Source: an uncultured bacterium (GTDB lineage: Bacteria; Omnitrophota; Omnitrophia; Omnitrophales; Aquincolibacteriaceae). Taken from it: a stretch of 64,000 bases of DNA. Of this stretch, positions 37,678 through 46,416 are shown in pieces. The first letter of the stretch is position 1, and each line of letters begins with the position of its first letter. The notes under the pieces are model-generated. The model was not told the DNA's origin, searched no databases, and saw nothing but the letters and a program-made list of their open reading frames with translations. The translations under genes and the position numbers were made by a program. The DNA lies in the NCBI GenBank assembly GCA_964606385.1, contig CAZSFZ010000004.1, forward strand, positions 47,344 through 111,343. Direction: 5' to 3'.

Positions 37678-38961
37678 ATGATCTTAATGCCGACAAAAGC
37701 GGATCCTCGCAGTACTCAAAAACTTGATTATCAGGAAGTTCTTCGGGATGTGGCCCGCAGCATGGTCCGCCTCAAACGCCCGGACCGGCTCCTCAAGCTG
37801 ATCACCCGGTTTATTGACCGTCAGTTCGGTCTGGTTCACGCCTCGCTTCTGATTTTCGACCCCAAAAAGGACCATTACTTTTTTGTCCATTCCAAGGGCG
37901 CCAAACGTCTGCCGATGGGCCTCGTGAAATTCGACGCCGACCACCCGTTGGTCCAGTGGTTCTCCGCGCCGCAGAAAAAACTTCCGGTCCAAAAAGAGTA
38001 CCTGTTCTTCTCCGATGTTAAGAAGATGCTGACGCGCGCCGAATTCCGCTTAGCGTCGAATTCCCGGGCCGATCAGCTTGAGGGGATCCGGAAGACCATG
38101 AAGAACCTGAAGGTCGAGCTGGTGGTCCCGGGTTACTTCAAGGACGCCCTGGTCGGGCTCCTGATGCTTGGGCCGCGCGTGAACGGCCGCTGTTTTACGG
38201 CTCAGGAAGTCACGTTCTTCCAGACACTCGCGCATGATTGTTCCATGGCCATCAAGACTGCCGAGTACAACCAGAACCTTGTGGAGCAGAACCATGAACT
38301 TGCCAAACGCCTTGAAGAAATTGAGCGGATGCGGAACAAGGAGCAACGGACTTATTACGAGATCATGCGGTCTCTCGCCGAAGAAGTCCACGCGAAAGAA
38401 CCTTACATCTTCGGTCATGTTTCGGAAGTGGAGCGCCTCGGCATGATGACGGCCCGAGAGATGGGGATGGACCTTACGGGTAAGACCAAGGACCTGCTTT
38501 CGGCGGCCCTCATCCTGCACGATGTCGGTAAGATCGGGATCCCCGACAATATCCTCTGCAAGCCCGGGCAGCTTACTCGTGACGAGTGGGAAGTCATGAA
38601 AACCCACGTCGAGAAGGGCGCGAGGATCCTTGAGCCGCTTACGGATTTCAAAAAAGTCCGAGAGATCATTATGGCTCATCATGAGCGTTTTGACGGAAGC
38701 GGTTATCCCCGCGGCCTCAAAGGGGACGAGATCTCGATCGAGGCGCGCATCATTTGCGTGGTGGACAGTTTTCACGCGATCGTGTCATCCCGCTGCTACC
38801 GGGAAGGCCGCTCGATCGACTCAGCGATCCATGAGATCCGGAATTGCGCCGGGACCCAATTCGATCCCGTTGTGGTGGACGCCTTCCTGCGGGCCCTTAA
38901 AAAAGAACTCCAGAAAAAAGGCGAAGTTCCCAAGGCGCTGGCCGAACTCGCCGTCGACTGA
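37678..38961 (+). CDS. GAF-domain HD-GYP phosphodiesterase (c-di-GMP related)
   Basis: HD motif LILHDVGKIGIPDNIL and HD-GYP signature HHERFDGSGYPRGLKG. Confidence 0.75.
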   Translation: MILMPTKADPRSTQKLDYQEVLRDVARSMVRLKRPDRLLKLITRFIDRQFGLVHASLLIFDPKKDHYFFVHSKGAKRLPMGLVKFDADHPLVQWFSAPQKKLPVQKEYLFFSDVKKMLTRAEFRLASNSRADQLEGIRKTMKNLKVELVVPGYFKDALVGLLMLGPRVNGRCFTAQEVTFFQTLAHDCSMAIKTAEYNQNLVEQNHELAKRLEEIERMRNKEQRTYYEIMRSLAEEVHAKEPYIFGHVSEVERLGMMTAREMGMDLTGKTKDLLSAALILHDVGKIGIPDNILCKPGQLTRDEWEVMKTHVEKGARILEPLTDFKKVREIIMAHHERFDGSGYPRGLKGDEISIEARIICVVDSFHAIVSSRCYREGRSIDSAIHEIRNCAGTQFDPVVVDAFLRALKKELQKKGEVPKALAELAVD

Positions 38962-39096
38962 TTCTCTTTCATTTTTCTGGACTTATCGCTTGCTTCTCCG
39001 GAGGCGCATCAGTATAATGCCGCCCTCGATTGAGTGAAAGCAGGCCTGCCCCAGAGGCGGTTGCCTTAATTTCCAAGGAAAGTGGGTTAAAATTTT

Positions 39097-39582
39097 ATGG
39101 CAAAAGCTAAAAAATCATCAAAGAAATCATCCAAAAAATCATCCCGGAAACCCGTCAAGCGGTCCGCTAAAAAGCCGGCCAAGGCGCCCAAGGCGTCTAA
39201 AGTTTCGCGTCTTTCCAAGAGGGATCTCGAACTTTACAAGAAAATGCTTCTCCACCTCCGCGGCAAGATCGCCGGGGACCTCCAGCAGATCGAAGGGGAC
39301 ACCCTCAGCGCGAACCAGCCCGGCAATACCGGAGAGCTTTCCGATGTGGCGGATATGGCCACTGACAATTATGACCGGGAACTGAATATCGGTCTTGCCA
39401 CCAATGAGCAGCAGCTCTTGAACGATATCGATATGGCCCTCAAAAAGATCGACGATGGCACCTACGGTATTTGCGAGATCTACGGGACGCCGATCCCCAA
39501 GAAGCGTCTCATGGCCATGCCGTATACCCGCCTTTCAATGAAGGCGCAGGAAGAAGAGGAGAAGAACAAACGTCATCAGTAA
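39097..39582 (+). CDS. dksA: DksA/TraR-family protein with Lys-rich N-terminal tail and degenerate zinc finger
   Basis: DksA coiled-coil and a C-terminal TYGICEIYGTPIPKKRL in place of CxxC...CxxC (one Cys only). N-terminal KKSSKKSSKKSSRKPVKRSAKKPAKAPKASK tail. Confidence 0.65.
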   Translation: MAKAKKSSKKSSKKSSRKPVKRSAKKPAKAPKASKVSRLSKRDLELYKKMLLHLRGKIAGDLQQIEGDTLSANQPGNTGELSDVADMATDNYDRELNIGLATNEQQLLNDIDMALKKIDDGTYGICEIYGTPIPKKRLMAMPYTRLSMKAQEEEEKNKRHQ

Positions 39583-40037
39583 TCTTCTTCTACGGCCTTG
39601 TCGGGTCTGTAGTTCTCATTGACCAGTTTTCCAAATTCTTCGCGCTTCGCTATCTTTCTCCTGAAAGCTCGGTCCCTGTCATTCCCCAGATCCTGGACCT
39701 GACGCTTGTCAGGAATTCCGGCGTTGCCTTCGGGCTTTTCAGCGGCTACGCGCCCGCGCTTTTCACGGTGATCACGATCAGCCTTGTTTTCCTTTTCATG
39801 ATCGCGAACCGTTCTCATGGCACAGCGGCCCATGGGACCTCGACGGTGGACCGGTGGGCGCTCAGCCTTATCCTCGGAGGCGCGATCGGCAACTGGATCG
39901 ACCGGCTCCGCTTTGAAGCCGTGATCGATTTCATCGACTTCCGCGTTTGGCCGGTCTTTAACATCGCGGACACCGCCATCACAGTCGGCGTTTGCCTTTA
40001 TTTTTTCCGCGTTCTCTTTCATAAAGAAAAAGCATGA
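39471..40037 (+). CDS. lspA: Lipoprotein signal peptidase II (N-terminus uncertain)
   Basis: LspA motifs VRNSGVAFGLF, IDFIDF and FNIADTAI. ORF-track TTG 39471 would overlap dksA by 112 nt. No canonical start lies near the first TM helix (VIFFYGLVGS). Confidence 0.7.
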   Translation: MRDLRDADPQEASHGHAVYPPFNEGAGRRGEEQTSSVIFFYGLVGSVVLIDQFSKFFALRYLSPESSVPVIPQILDLTLVRNSGVAFGLFSGYAPALFTVITISLVFLFMIANRSHGTAAHGTSTVDRWALSLILGGAIGNWIDRLRFEAVIDFIDFRVWPVFNIADTAITVGVCLYFFRVLFHKEKA

Positions 40038-40771
40038 AGCCCATCCTTTTTTCCTTCGGTTCGATCCACATTTATACCTATGGCCTGAGCGTGGCCCTCG
40101 GCGTACTTCTTTCGGTGTTCCTGATGCAGCGTCAAAGCCGCCGGACAGGGTTCCCGAAACCCGACGAAGTCTTTGATATGGCTTTTGTCGTGCTGGTGTG
40201 GGGATTTATCGGGGCCCGGCTTTTTTATGTGTTCCAGAACCTGTCTTTTTATCTGGAAGAGCCCTTCAAGATTTTTGCGGTGTGGGAAGGAGGGCTGATC
40301 TTTTACGGCGGCGCGGTCGCTGCATTCCTGGGCCTCTGGATCATGGGCCGGAAGAAAAAATGGCCTTTTTGGAAATCGCTCGATTTTCTCGCTCCGTACG
40401 CCGCCCTGTCCCATGTATTTGGCCGGATCGGATGTTTTCTGAACGGATGCTGTTTCGGCAAGGCCTGTGATCTGCCCTGGGCCGTCCGTTTTCCCGAAAT
40501 GTCCTACCGCGTGCATCCGGCCCAGATCTACGAAGCGTGTTATGACCTGTTGCTCTATGTTTTTCTCATCAAGCGCGCGAAGAAGGTCCGCTTCGAGGGC
40601 GAGATCATTCTGCTCTATTTTCTCTTTTACGGGATGGGCCGTTACACGATCGAATTTGTCCGGGAACCCAGCTGGACATGGATGGGGCTTACCTCGAACC
40701 AGTGGCTGAGCGTTGCCATCATGACCGCCGCTTTTGTTCTTTTTCAACGGCGCCGTTACAAAGCCTCCTAG
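40034..40771 (+). CDS. lgt: Prolipoprotein diacylglyceryl transferase
   Basis: Lgt N-terminus (IHIYTYGLSVALGVL), G-rich loop and the conserved H/Y residues. ATGA overlap with lspA. Confidence 0.85.
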   Translation: MKPILFSFGSIHIYTYGLSVALGVLLSVFLMQRQSRRTGFPKPDEVFDMAFVVLVWGFIGARLFYVFQNLSFYLEEPFKIFAVWEGGLIFYGGAVAAFLGLWIMGRKKKWPFWKSLDFLAPYAALSHVFGRIGCFLNGCCFGKACDLPWAVRFPEMSYRVHPAQIYEACYDLLLYVFLIKRAKKVRFEGEIILLYFLFYGMGRYTIEFVREPSWTWMGLTSNQWLSVAIMTAAFVLFQRRRYKAS

Positions 40772-40773
40772 CC

Positions 40774-41697
40774 ATGCCCAAGAACCGATTCACGGAGTTT
40801 ATCGTTGAGGATCAGGAAGCTGAGCAGCGCCTCGATATTTTTCTCGCCCAAAAGATGTCCAGCCAGCATTCCCGGGCACATCTCCAGAAAATGATCAAGA
40901 ACGGCGGTGTGCTTGTGGACGGGAAGAGCGTGACGCCGCATTACGCGGTCAAAGCGGGGGAGAGGATCCGCGTGGAGAAACTCGACATGCCGGTCGAGGA
41001 GCTTCCGGCGGAGGCGATCCCGCTTAATATTGTTTATGAAGACGATGACTGTTTGGTCGTGAACAAACCGGCAGGCATGGTCGTTCACCCGGCGATCGGA
41101 AATCCGCGGCATACGCTCGTGAACGCGCTTTTGTTCCACGTGCAAAATCTCGGGAACGCCGAAGATAAGGTTCGGCCGGGGATCGTTCACCGGCTCGACA
41201 AAGACACCTCCGGCCTTCTCGTGGTCGCGAAAAATGATTACGCCCATGACAAACTCGCCCGGCAGTTCAAAGAACACTCGATCGACCGTGTCTATAACGC
41301 GATCGTGCGCGGCGTGGTCCAGCATAACGAAGGGATGTGCGAAGAGCCGGTCGGCCGCGCCTTCCTGAACCGGAAAAAAGTGGTGATCCGCCCGTCCGGG
41401 GGGAAAGACGCCTTGACTTTCTTCCGCGTGCTGAAACGCTTCAAGAACGCGACGTTCGTGGAGATCCGTCCTCAGACCGGCCGGACGCATCAGATCCGCG
41501 TTCATTTCGCCCACATGGGGCATCCGGTCCTGGGCGATACGCTCTACGGAATCCCGTTCCCGCCGATCCGGCGCCAGGCGCTTCATGCCCTATCCATCGG
41601 CTTTGAACAACCCCGCACGAAGAAGTGGATCCATCTGACAAGCGAGCTCCCGGAGGACATGCAGGACCTCTTGCGCTTTCTTGAATCACACCCCTGA
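40774..41697 (+). CDS. rluD: 23S rRNA pseudouridine synthase (RluD family)
   Basis: S4 domain then catalytic HRLDKDTSGLLVVAKN. ATG 40774 chosen over overlapping ORF-track start 40678. Confidence 0.8.
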   Translation: MPKNRFTEFIVEDQEAEQRLDIFLAQKMSSQHSRAHLQKMIKNGGVLVDGKSVTPHYAVKAGERIRVEKLDMPVEELPAEAIPLNIVYEDDDCLVVNKPAGMVVHPAIGNPRHTLVNALLFHVQNLGNAEDKVRPGIVHRLDKDTSGLLVVAKNDYAHDKLARQFKEHSIDRVYNAIVRGVVQHNEGMCEEPVGRAFLNRKKVVIRPSGGKDALTFFRVLKRFKNATFVEIRPQTGRTHQIRVHFAHMGHPVLGDTLYGIPFPPIRRQALHALSIGFEQPRTKKWIHLTSELPEDMQDLLRFLESHP

Positions 41698-41825
41698 TTG
41701 GCTTATAATCAAAAGCCGTGAACCCCGTTCGATCTCTTGAATGACGGGGATGCCTTCCGGAGAATACATTTCTGTGGGATTTTCTTCCAAGGTCACAACT
41801 GCGGTGAATTAGGAGGTCTAACGGG

Positions 41826-42500
41826 GTGAACCCTGTTCATTGGTTTTTCCTCATCGGGACCGTCGGTGTCTCTCTGGTCTTCGCTCTCTACGGACAGTGG
41901 GTGCTCTGGAAATACAAGGCGCCTGCGTACAGCACGGCTGTGACCGGATGCGAGATCGCCCGGTTCGTTCTCGACAAGGCGGGCCTGGTCCAGGTTCCCG
42001 TGACCCCGATCAAGCCTTCGGAGGAATATCCCTCCACGGAAGGCCTGTTCCTGGGGGCCGGGATCTATGAAGGCCGTGATTTTCTTTCCATTCTTGAAGC
42101 CGCGCGCCAGGCATTCCTCAAGAGCCAGCTCTCGAACATGACCTTCTGGGTCCGTCTCAAGCGGCGCATGGCTTTTGTGATCCGTTTCACGGTGCTTGCG
42201 GGCTGGGTGCTCCTGATCCTTGGAAATGTTTCCCCCCTTCTCCGGTTTCTCGTGAACCTCGGGCTGGGTTGTTTTACCGTCGTGATGGCCCTTGTGATCT
42301 TCGACCTTCCGTTCGAGCTTGAGGTGGAGGAGAAAACCTCCAGGCTCCTTAAACATTCCGGGAACTTTCAGCCCAATGAGATCGTTCATCTCAAGAAGCT
42401 GAGCCAGGCGCTGGCGCTCTGGGGTCTTGCGGTGATCATCCGCTCGCCCTTTGATCAATATTTCCTCCTAAGAAAAAAGGGGATGGCCCATGGGTTATAA
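41826..42500 (+). CDS. YugP-like putative membrane zinc metallopeptidase
   Basis: N-terminal TM, then KAPAYSTAVTGCEIARFVLDKAGL, as in the YugP/Zn-dependent membrane protease family. Confidence 0.5.
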   Translation: MNPVHWFFLIGTVGVSLVFALYGQWVLWKYKAPAYSTAVTGCEIARFVLDKAGLVQVPVTPIKPSEEYPSTEGLFLGAGIYEGRDFLSILEAARQAFLKSQLSNMTFWVRLKRRMAFVIRFTVLAGWVLLILGNVSPLLRFLVNLGLGCFTVVMALVIFDLPFELEVEEKTSRLLKHSGNFQPNEIVHLKKLSQALALWGLAVIIRSPFDQYFLLRKKGMAHGL

Positions 42501-44043
42501 AAATCTAAGGGAATTCCTGAAAGCTTTGCGCGAAGCGGACGAGCTTGTCGAGGTGAAGGCTCCGGTGGATCCCGTGCTGGAAGTGACGGAGATCTACGAC
42601 CGCATCGTAAAGAAAGAAGGCCCCGCGCTGCTTTTTTCGAACGTGAAGGGGTCCTCGATCCCGCTTGCGATCAATCTCTTTGGTTCTCAAAAACGGATGA
42701 GCATGGCGCTCGGGGTGGGATCCATTTCCGAGATCGCGGAACGCATTCATTCCTTCCTGGACTTAAAACCCCCTCGCGGCCTTTTTGAAAAACTCGCGAT
42801 GATTCCCAAACTTTCGGAGCTGAACGCGGTACTCCCGAAATTCGTCAAACGCGCACCTTGCCAGGAAAAAGTGATCCTCGCGGGGGAAGGCAAGTCCAAT
42901 CCTCCATTAGAAAATTTAAAGGTTAATTGGACTAGTCCTGGCAACCTTCTACCAGAAGAAAATAGATGCCAGGGCAAGATGCTGGACGCGCTGCCTCTGA
43001 TTCAATGCTGGCCCAAGGACGGAGGAAAATTCATCACATTCCCGCTCGTGATCACCAAAGATCCCGAAACGAACCAGCGTAATTGCGGGCTTTACCGGAT
43101 GCACGTCTATGACGACCGGACGACCGGGATGCATTGGCAGATCCATAAGGACGGCGCGGAGCACTTCCGCAAGCTCGGTAAAGGAAGCAAGGGGCGCTTA
43201 CCGGTGGCTTGTGTGATCGGGGCCGATCCGGCGACCATGTTCGCGGCGGCCTGCCCGCTCCCGAGCGGTCTGGATGAGCTGATGCTTGCGGGGTTCCTGC
43301 GCAAGAAATCCGTGGAGCTTGTGAAATGCAAGACGATCGATCTGGAGGTGCCCGCGGAGGCTGAGATCGTGCTCGAAGGTTATGTCGAAGAAGGGGAGAT
43401 GCGGCTGGAAGGGCCTTTTGGCGACCATACGGGGTTTTACTCCCGCGCGAAAGATTTTCCGGTGTTCCATCTCACCTGCATAACGCACCGCAAGGACCCC
43501 GTCTACGTGACGACCGTGGTGGGCCGGCCCCCGATGGAAGACTGCTATATGGGCAAGGCCATTGAACGGATCTTTTTACCGATGATCCAGAAACAATTTC
43601 CCGAGATCACCGACATTCATCTTCCGTGGGAAGGGGCGTTCCACAATTGTCTGATCGTCGCGATCAAGAAAAGTTATCCCGAACAAGGCAAAAAGATCAT
43701 TCACGCGATCTGGGGCCTGGGACAGATGATGTTCTCCAAAATGATCGTGGTGCTCGACCACGACACGAACATTCAGGATCTGAAAGAAGTTTCATGGCGG
43801 GTGCTGAACAATATGGACCCGAAGCGCGACATTGTTTTCGGGGAAGGGCCGCTCGATGAGCTGGACCACGGGGCTGCCAAGGATTTCGCGGGCTCCAAGA
43901 TCGGGATCGATGCTACGCGTAAAAACGAAACGGAAGGGATGCAGCGTCCCTGGCCCGAAGATATCAGCATGACGGATGAGATCAAACGCAGGGTCGAGGA
44001 CCGCTGGCGCGAGTACGGGCTGGATGAAAAATATCTTCGCTAA
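42490..44043 (+). CDS. UbiD-family (prFMN-dependent) decarboxylase, menaquinone-pathway type (MqnL-like)
   Basis: UbiD N-terminus MGYKNLREFLKALREADELVEV. About 500 aa. Clustered with ubiX and ubiA homologues. Confidence 0.75.
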   Translation: MGYKNLREFLKALREADELVEVKAPVDPVLEVTEIYDRIVKKEGPALLFSNVKGSSIPLAINLFGSQKRMSMALGVGSISEIAERIHSFLDLKPPRGLFEKLAMIPKLSELNAVLPKFVKRAPCQEKVILAGEGKSNPPLENLKVNWTSPGNLLPEENRCQGKMLDALPLIQCWPKDGGKFITFPLVITKDPETNQRNCGLYRMHVYDDRTTGMHWQIHKDGAEHFRKLGKGSKGRLPVACVIGADPATMFAAACPLPSGLDELMLAGFLRKKSVELVKCKTIDLEVPAEAEIVLEGYVEEGEMRLEGPFGDHTGFYSRAKDFPVFHLTCITHRKDPVYVTTVVGRPPMEDCYMGKAIERIFLPMIQKQFPEITDIHLPWEGAFHNCLIVAIKKSYPEQGKKIIHAIWGLGQMMFSKMIVVLDHDTNIQDLKEVSWRVLNNMDPKRDIVFGEGPLDELDHGAAKDFAGSKIGIDATRKNETEGMQRPWPEDISMTDEIKRRVEDRWREYGLDEKYLR

Positions 44044-44884
44044 ATTCGATCTGTTTTTTGAGATGATCAAGTTCGAGCATTCGGTCTTTGCGCTGCCGTT
44101 CGCTTATCTCGGACTTTTCTTTGCGGAAAAGAAGGTCCCAAGTTTTTTTCTTTTCTTCTGGATCACGGTGGCGATGGTCAGTTTTCGAACGATGGCCATG
44201 AGCCTTAACCGGTTGCTGGACCGGGAGATCGACGCGGAAAATCCGAGAACCCGGGAGCGGGCGCTTCCACGGAAGAAAATTAAGACAAGTTTCGTATGGG
44301 CGGCCGCATTTCTTTCGCTCCTTGTTTTTGAATGGAGCGCCTGGCGGCTCGGGCTTTTGTGTTTCCGGCTTTCTCCCGTCCCGGTGGCGTTGGCGTGTTT
44401 TTATCCCTTCACCAAGCGTTTTACCTGGTTTTCGCATTTTGTGCTGGGGCTGATCCTCGGGATCGCGCCTTATGGCGCCTGGATCGCAAGCCGCCAGGCT
44501 TTCGGATGGGTGCCGGCATTCCTGACCGCGGGCGTGATGATGTGGGTTGCGGGTTTTGATATGATCTACGCGTTGCAGGACACCGAATTTGACCGAAAAC
44601 GGGGTCTTTACTCCGTGCCGGCAAAATTCGGTGAGAGCCGCACGCTCGGGTTCACCCCATTATTGCACGCCGCGACAGTACTTTGCTGGGCCATGGCCGG
44701 TTTTTTGAACGGTTCGGGTTGGATCTTTTGGCTGGGGCTGGTGCTGGTCGCGTATTTTTTGATCCGGGAACACCGGTTGATCCGTTCTTTCGGGATCGCC
44801 AAAATAAACGAAGCTTTTTTTGTGATGAACGCCGTGGTGAGTCTTATGATCTTCGCGGCCGCCGTTTTGGACATCCTTCTTTAA
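44024..44884 (+). CDS. UbiA-family polyprenyltransferase (MqnP-like)
   Basis: Asp-rich NRLLDREIDAENPRT, multiple TM helices. ATG 44024 overlaps ubiD-like stop. Confidence 0.75.
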   Translation: MKNIFAKFDLFFEMIKFEHSVFALPFAYLGLFFAEKKVPSFFLFFWITVAMVSFRTMAMSLNRLLDREIDAENPRTRERALPRKKIKTSFVWAAAFLSLLVFEWSAWRLGLLCFRLSPVPVALACFYPFTKRFTWFSHFVLGLILGIAPYGAWIASRQAFGWVPAFLTAGVMMWVAGFDMIYALQDTEFDRKRGLYSVPAKFGESRTLGFTPLLHAATVLCWAMAGFLNGSGWIFWLGLVLVAYFLIREHRLIRSFGIAKINEAFFVMNAVVSLMIFAAAVLDILL

Positions 44885-44898
44885 CCAGGGAGTCGATT

Positions 44899-45507
44899 TT
44901 GAAACCTTACATTATCGCGATGACAGGAGCAAGCGGGTCGACTTACGGAGTGCGGCTCCTGCAGACCCTCATTGAAATGAAAATCCCTGTGGAGTTTGTT
45001 GTTTCGGACACGGCGAAGATCGTTCTCAGAGAAGAGCCGGTGTATATTCCAGACCACCTCCGAGGTGTGTTTGATCGCACCTCGGAGGTGTCCGGGGTTC
45101 ATTGGAACGACTTTCATGACTTCACGGCGCCGATCGCGAGCGGTTCGTACCCGGCGGAGGGGATGGTCGTGATCCCGTGCAGTATGGGAACGCTTGGGGC
45201 GATCGCCTCGGGGCTTAGCCAGAATCTCATCCATCGCGCGGCGGACTGCACGATCAAGGAGGGGCGCAAGCTCATCCTGGTGCCGCGGGAAACACCGCTT
45301 TCAGCCATCCATCTTGAGAACATGCTGAAACTTTCGCGGCTCGGGGTCCGGATCGTTCCGGCAATGCCCGCCTTTTATTCAGGTCAGCAGACGGTGCAGG
45401 AACTTGTGGATTTTATGGTGGGAAAGACGCTCGATCAGATGGGGATCCCGCATGCGCTTTATCCCCGATGGGTCGGGAAAATACAGCCTATAGCTGATGG
45501 CCAATAG
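44899..45507 (+). CDS. ubiX: Flavin prenyltransferase UbiX
   Basis: Flavoprotein fold MKPYIIAMTGASGSTYGVRLL. TTG 44899 or ATG 44920 start. The C-terminal codons come from a GGCTAT-family repeat. Confidence 0.75.
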   Translation: MKPYIIAMTGASGSTYGVRLLQTLIEMKIPVEFVVSDTAKIVLREEPVYIPDHLRGVFDRTSEVSGVHWNDFHDFTAPIASGSYPAEGMVVIPCSMGTLGAIASGLSQNLIHRAADCTIKEGRKLILVPRETPLSAIHLENMLKLSRLGVRIVPAMPAFYSGQQTVQELVDFMVGKTLDQMGIPHALYPRWVGKIQPIADGQ

Positions 45508-45556
45508 CCGATAGCACCCGTTTTGCTATAGGCTATGAGCTGAGGGCTATAAGCTG
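45484..45556. repeat. Family-3 palindromic element (ATAGCC / GGCTAT units) overlapping ubiX 3' end
   Basis: cagcctatagctgatggccaatagccgatagcacccgttttgctataggctatgagctgagggctataagctg. Supplies the ubiX C-terminal codons and stop. Confidence 0.6.
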
Positions 45557-45567
45557 AAAAGGGTCTT

Positions 45568-46416
45568 ATGAAAACGCAAACCAAACTTCGGATCGGGAAG
45601 ATCCGGTATCTCAACTGCGTTCCATTCTTTTTCGGTCTCGAAGAAACGCTTCGGGCGAAAGGGCTCGAGATGGATATGAATTTTTTTGAGTCCTATCCGG
45701 TCGAAATCAATCAGGCGATGGAGCGGGGGGAGGTCGACGCGGCACCGGTCTCGTCCCTCGAGTACCTCCAGCATCAGGAGGATTATCTTCTGTTGCCGGA
45801 CCTCGCGATCGGAACGCGTCTTTTCGTGCGCAGCGTGCTCCTTCTCTCCAAGAAAAAGATCGAACAGCTCAATCACGCGGTGATCGCTCTTTCCAGGGAA
45901 AGCATGAGCTCCGCCGGGCTGGTGCGGATCCTTCTTTCAAAAAAATATGACCACCAGAACACTTTCGAGGTCACGGACCAGGATCCCGAGGCGATGCTTC
46001 AGAAATATCCGGCGGCGCTTGTGATCGGCGATCAGGCCCTTTTTTGCCAGCCTAAAGAATTGATCTATAAGTATGATCTCGGGGAGCTATGGCAATCCTG
46101 GTCGGGAAAACCCTTCGTGTTCTCGCTCTGGGTCGTGCGGAGGGACTTTGCCTCCAAAAATCCGGACATGCTGCGCGCCTTTGTCGACGGCTTGAAAGAG
46201 AACCTGCTTGGGAACCTGGCGGATCCGGAAGGCCTCCTGAAAAAAGCGCTCGGGATCGCCCCTTCCGATAAAAAATTCTGCCAGCTCCTGGGTTATCTTG
46301 TGAATCTTCAGTATACGCTCGATCAGGACATGAAAGATGGCGTCACGCGTTTTTTTGAGTTGGCCCATGGAGAAGGCCTCGCGCCGGCACCCCAGCCCCT
46401 GCAATTTTTTTCCTAA
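45568..46416 (+). CDS. mqnA: MqnA/MqnD-family protein (probable chorismate dehydratase MqnA, futalosine pathway)
   Basis: N-terminal LRIGKIRYLNCVPFFFGL is characteristic of MqnA-type proteins. Adjacent radical-SAM Mqn gene. Confidence 0.65.
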   Translation: MKTQTKLRIGKIRYLNCVPFFFGLEETLRAKGLEMDMNFFESYPVEINQAMERGEVDAAPVSSLEYLQHQEDYLLLPDLAIGTRLFVRSVLLLSKKKIEQLNHAVIALSRESMSSAGLVRILLSKKYDHQNTFEVTDQDPEAMLQKYPAALVIGDQALFCQPKELIYKYDLGELWQSWSGKPFVFSLWVVRRDFASKNPDMLRAFVDGLKENLLGNLADPEGLLKKALGIAPSDKKFCQLLGYLVNLQYTLDQDMKDGVTRFFELAHGEGLAPAPQPLQFFS

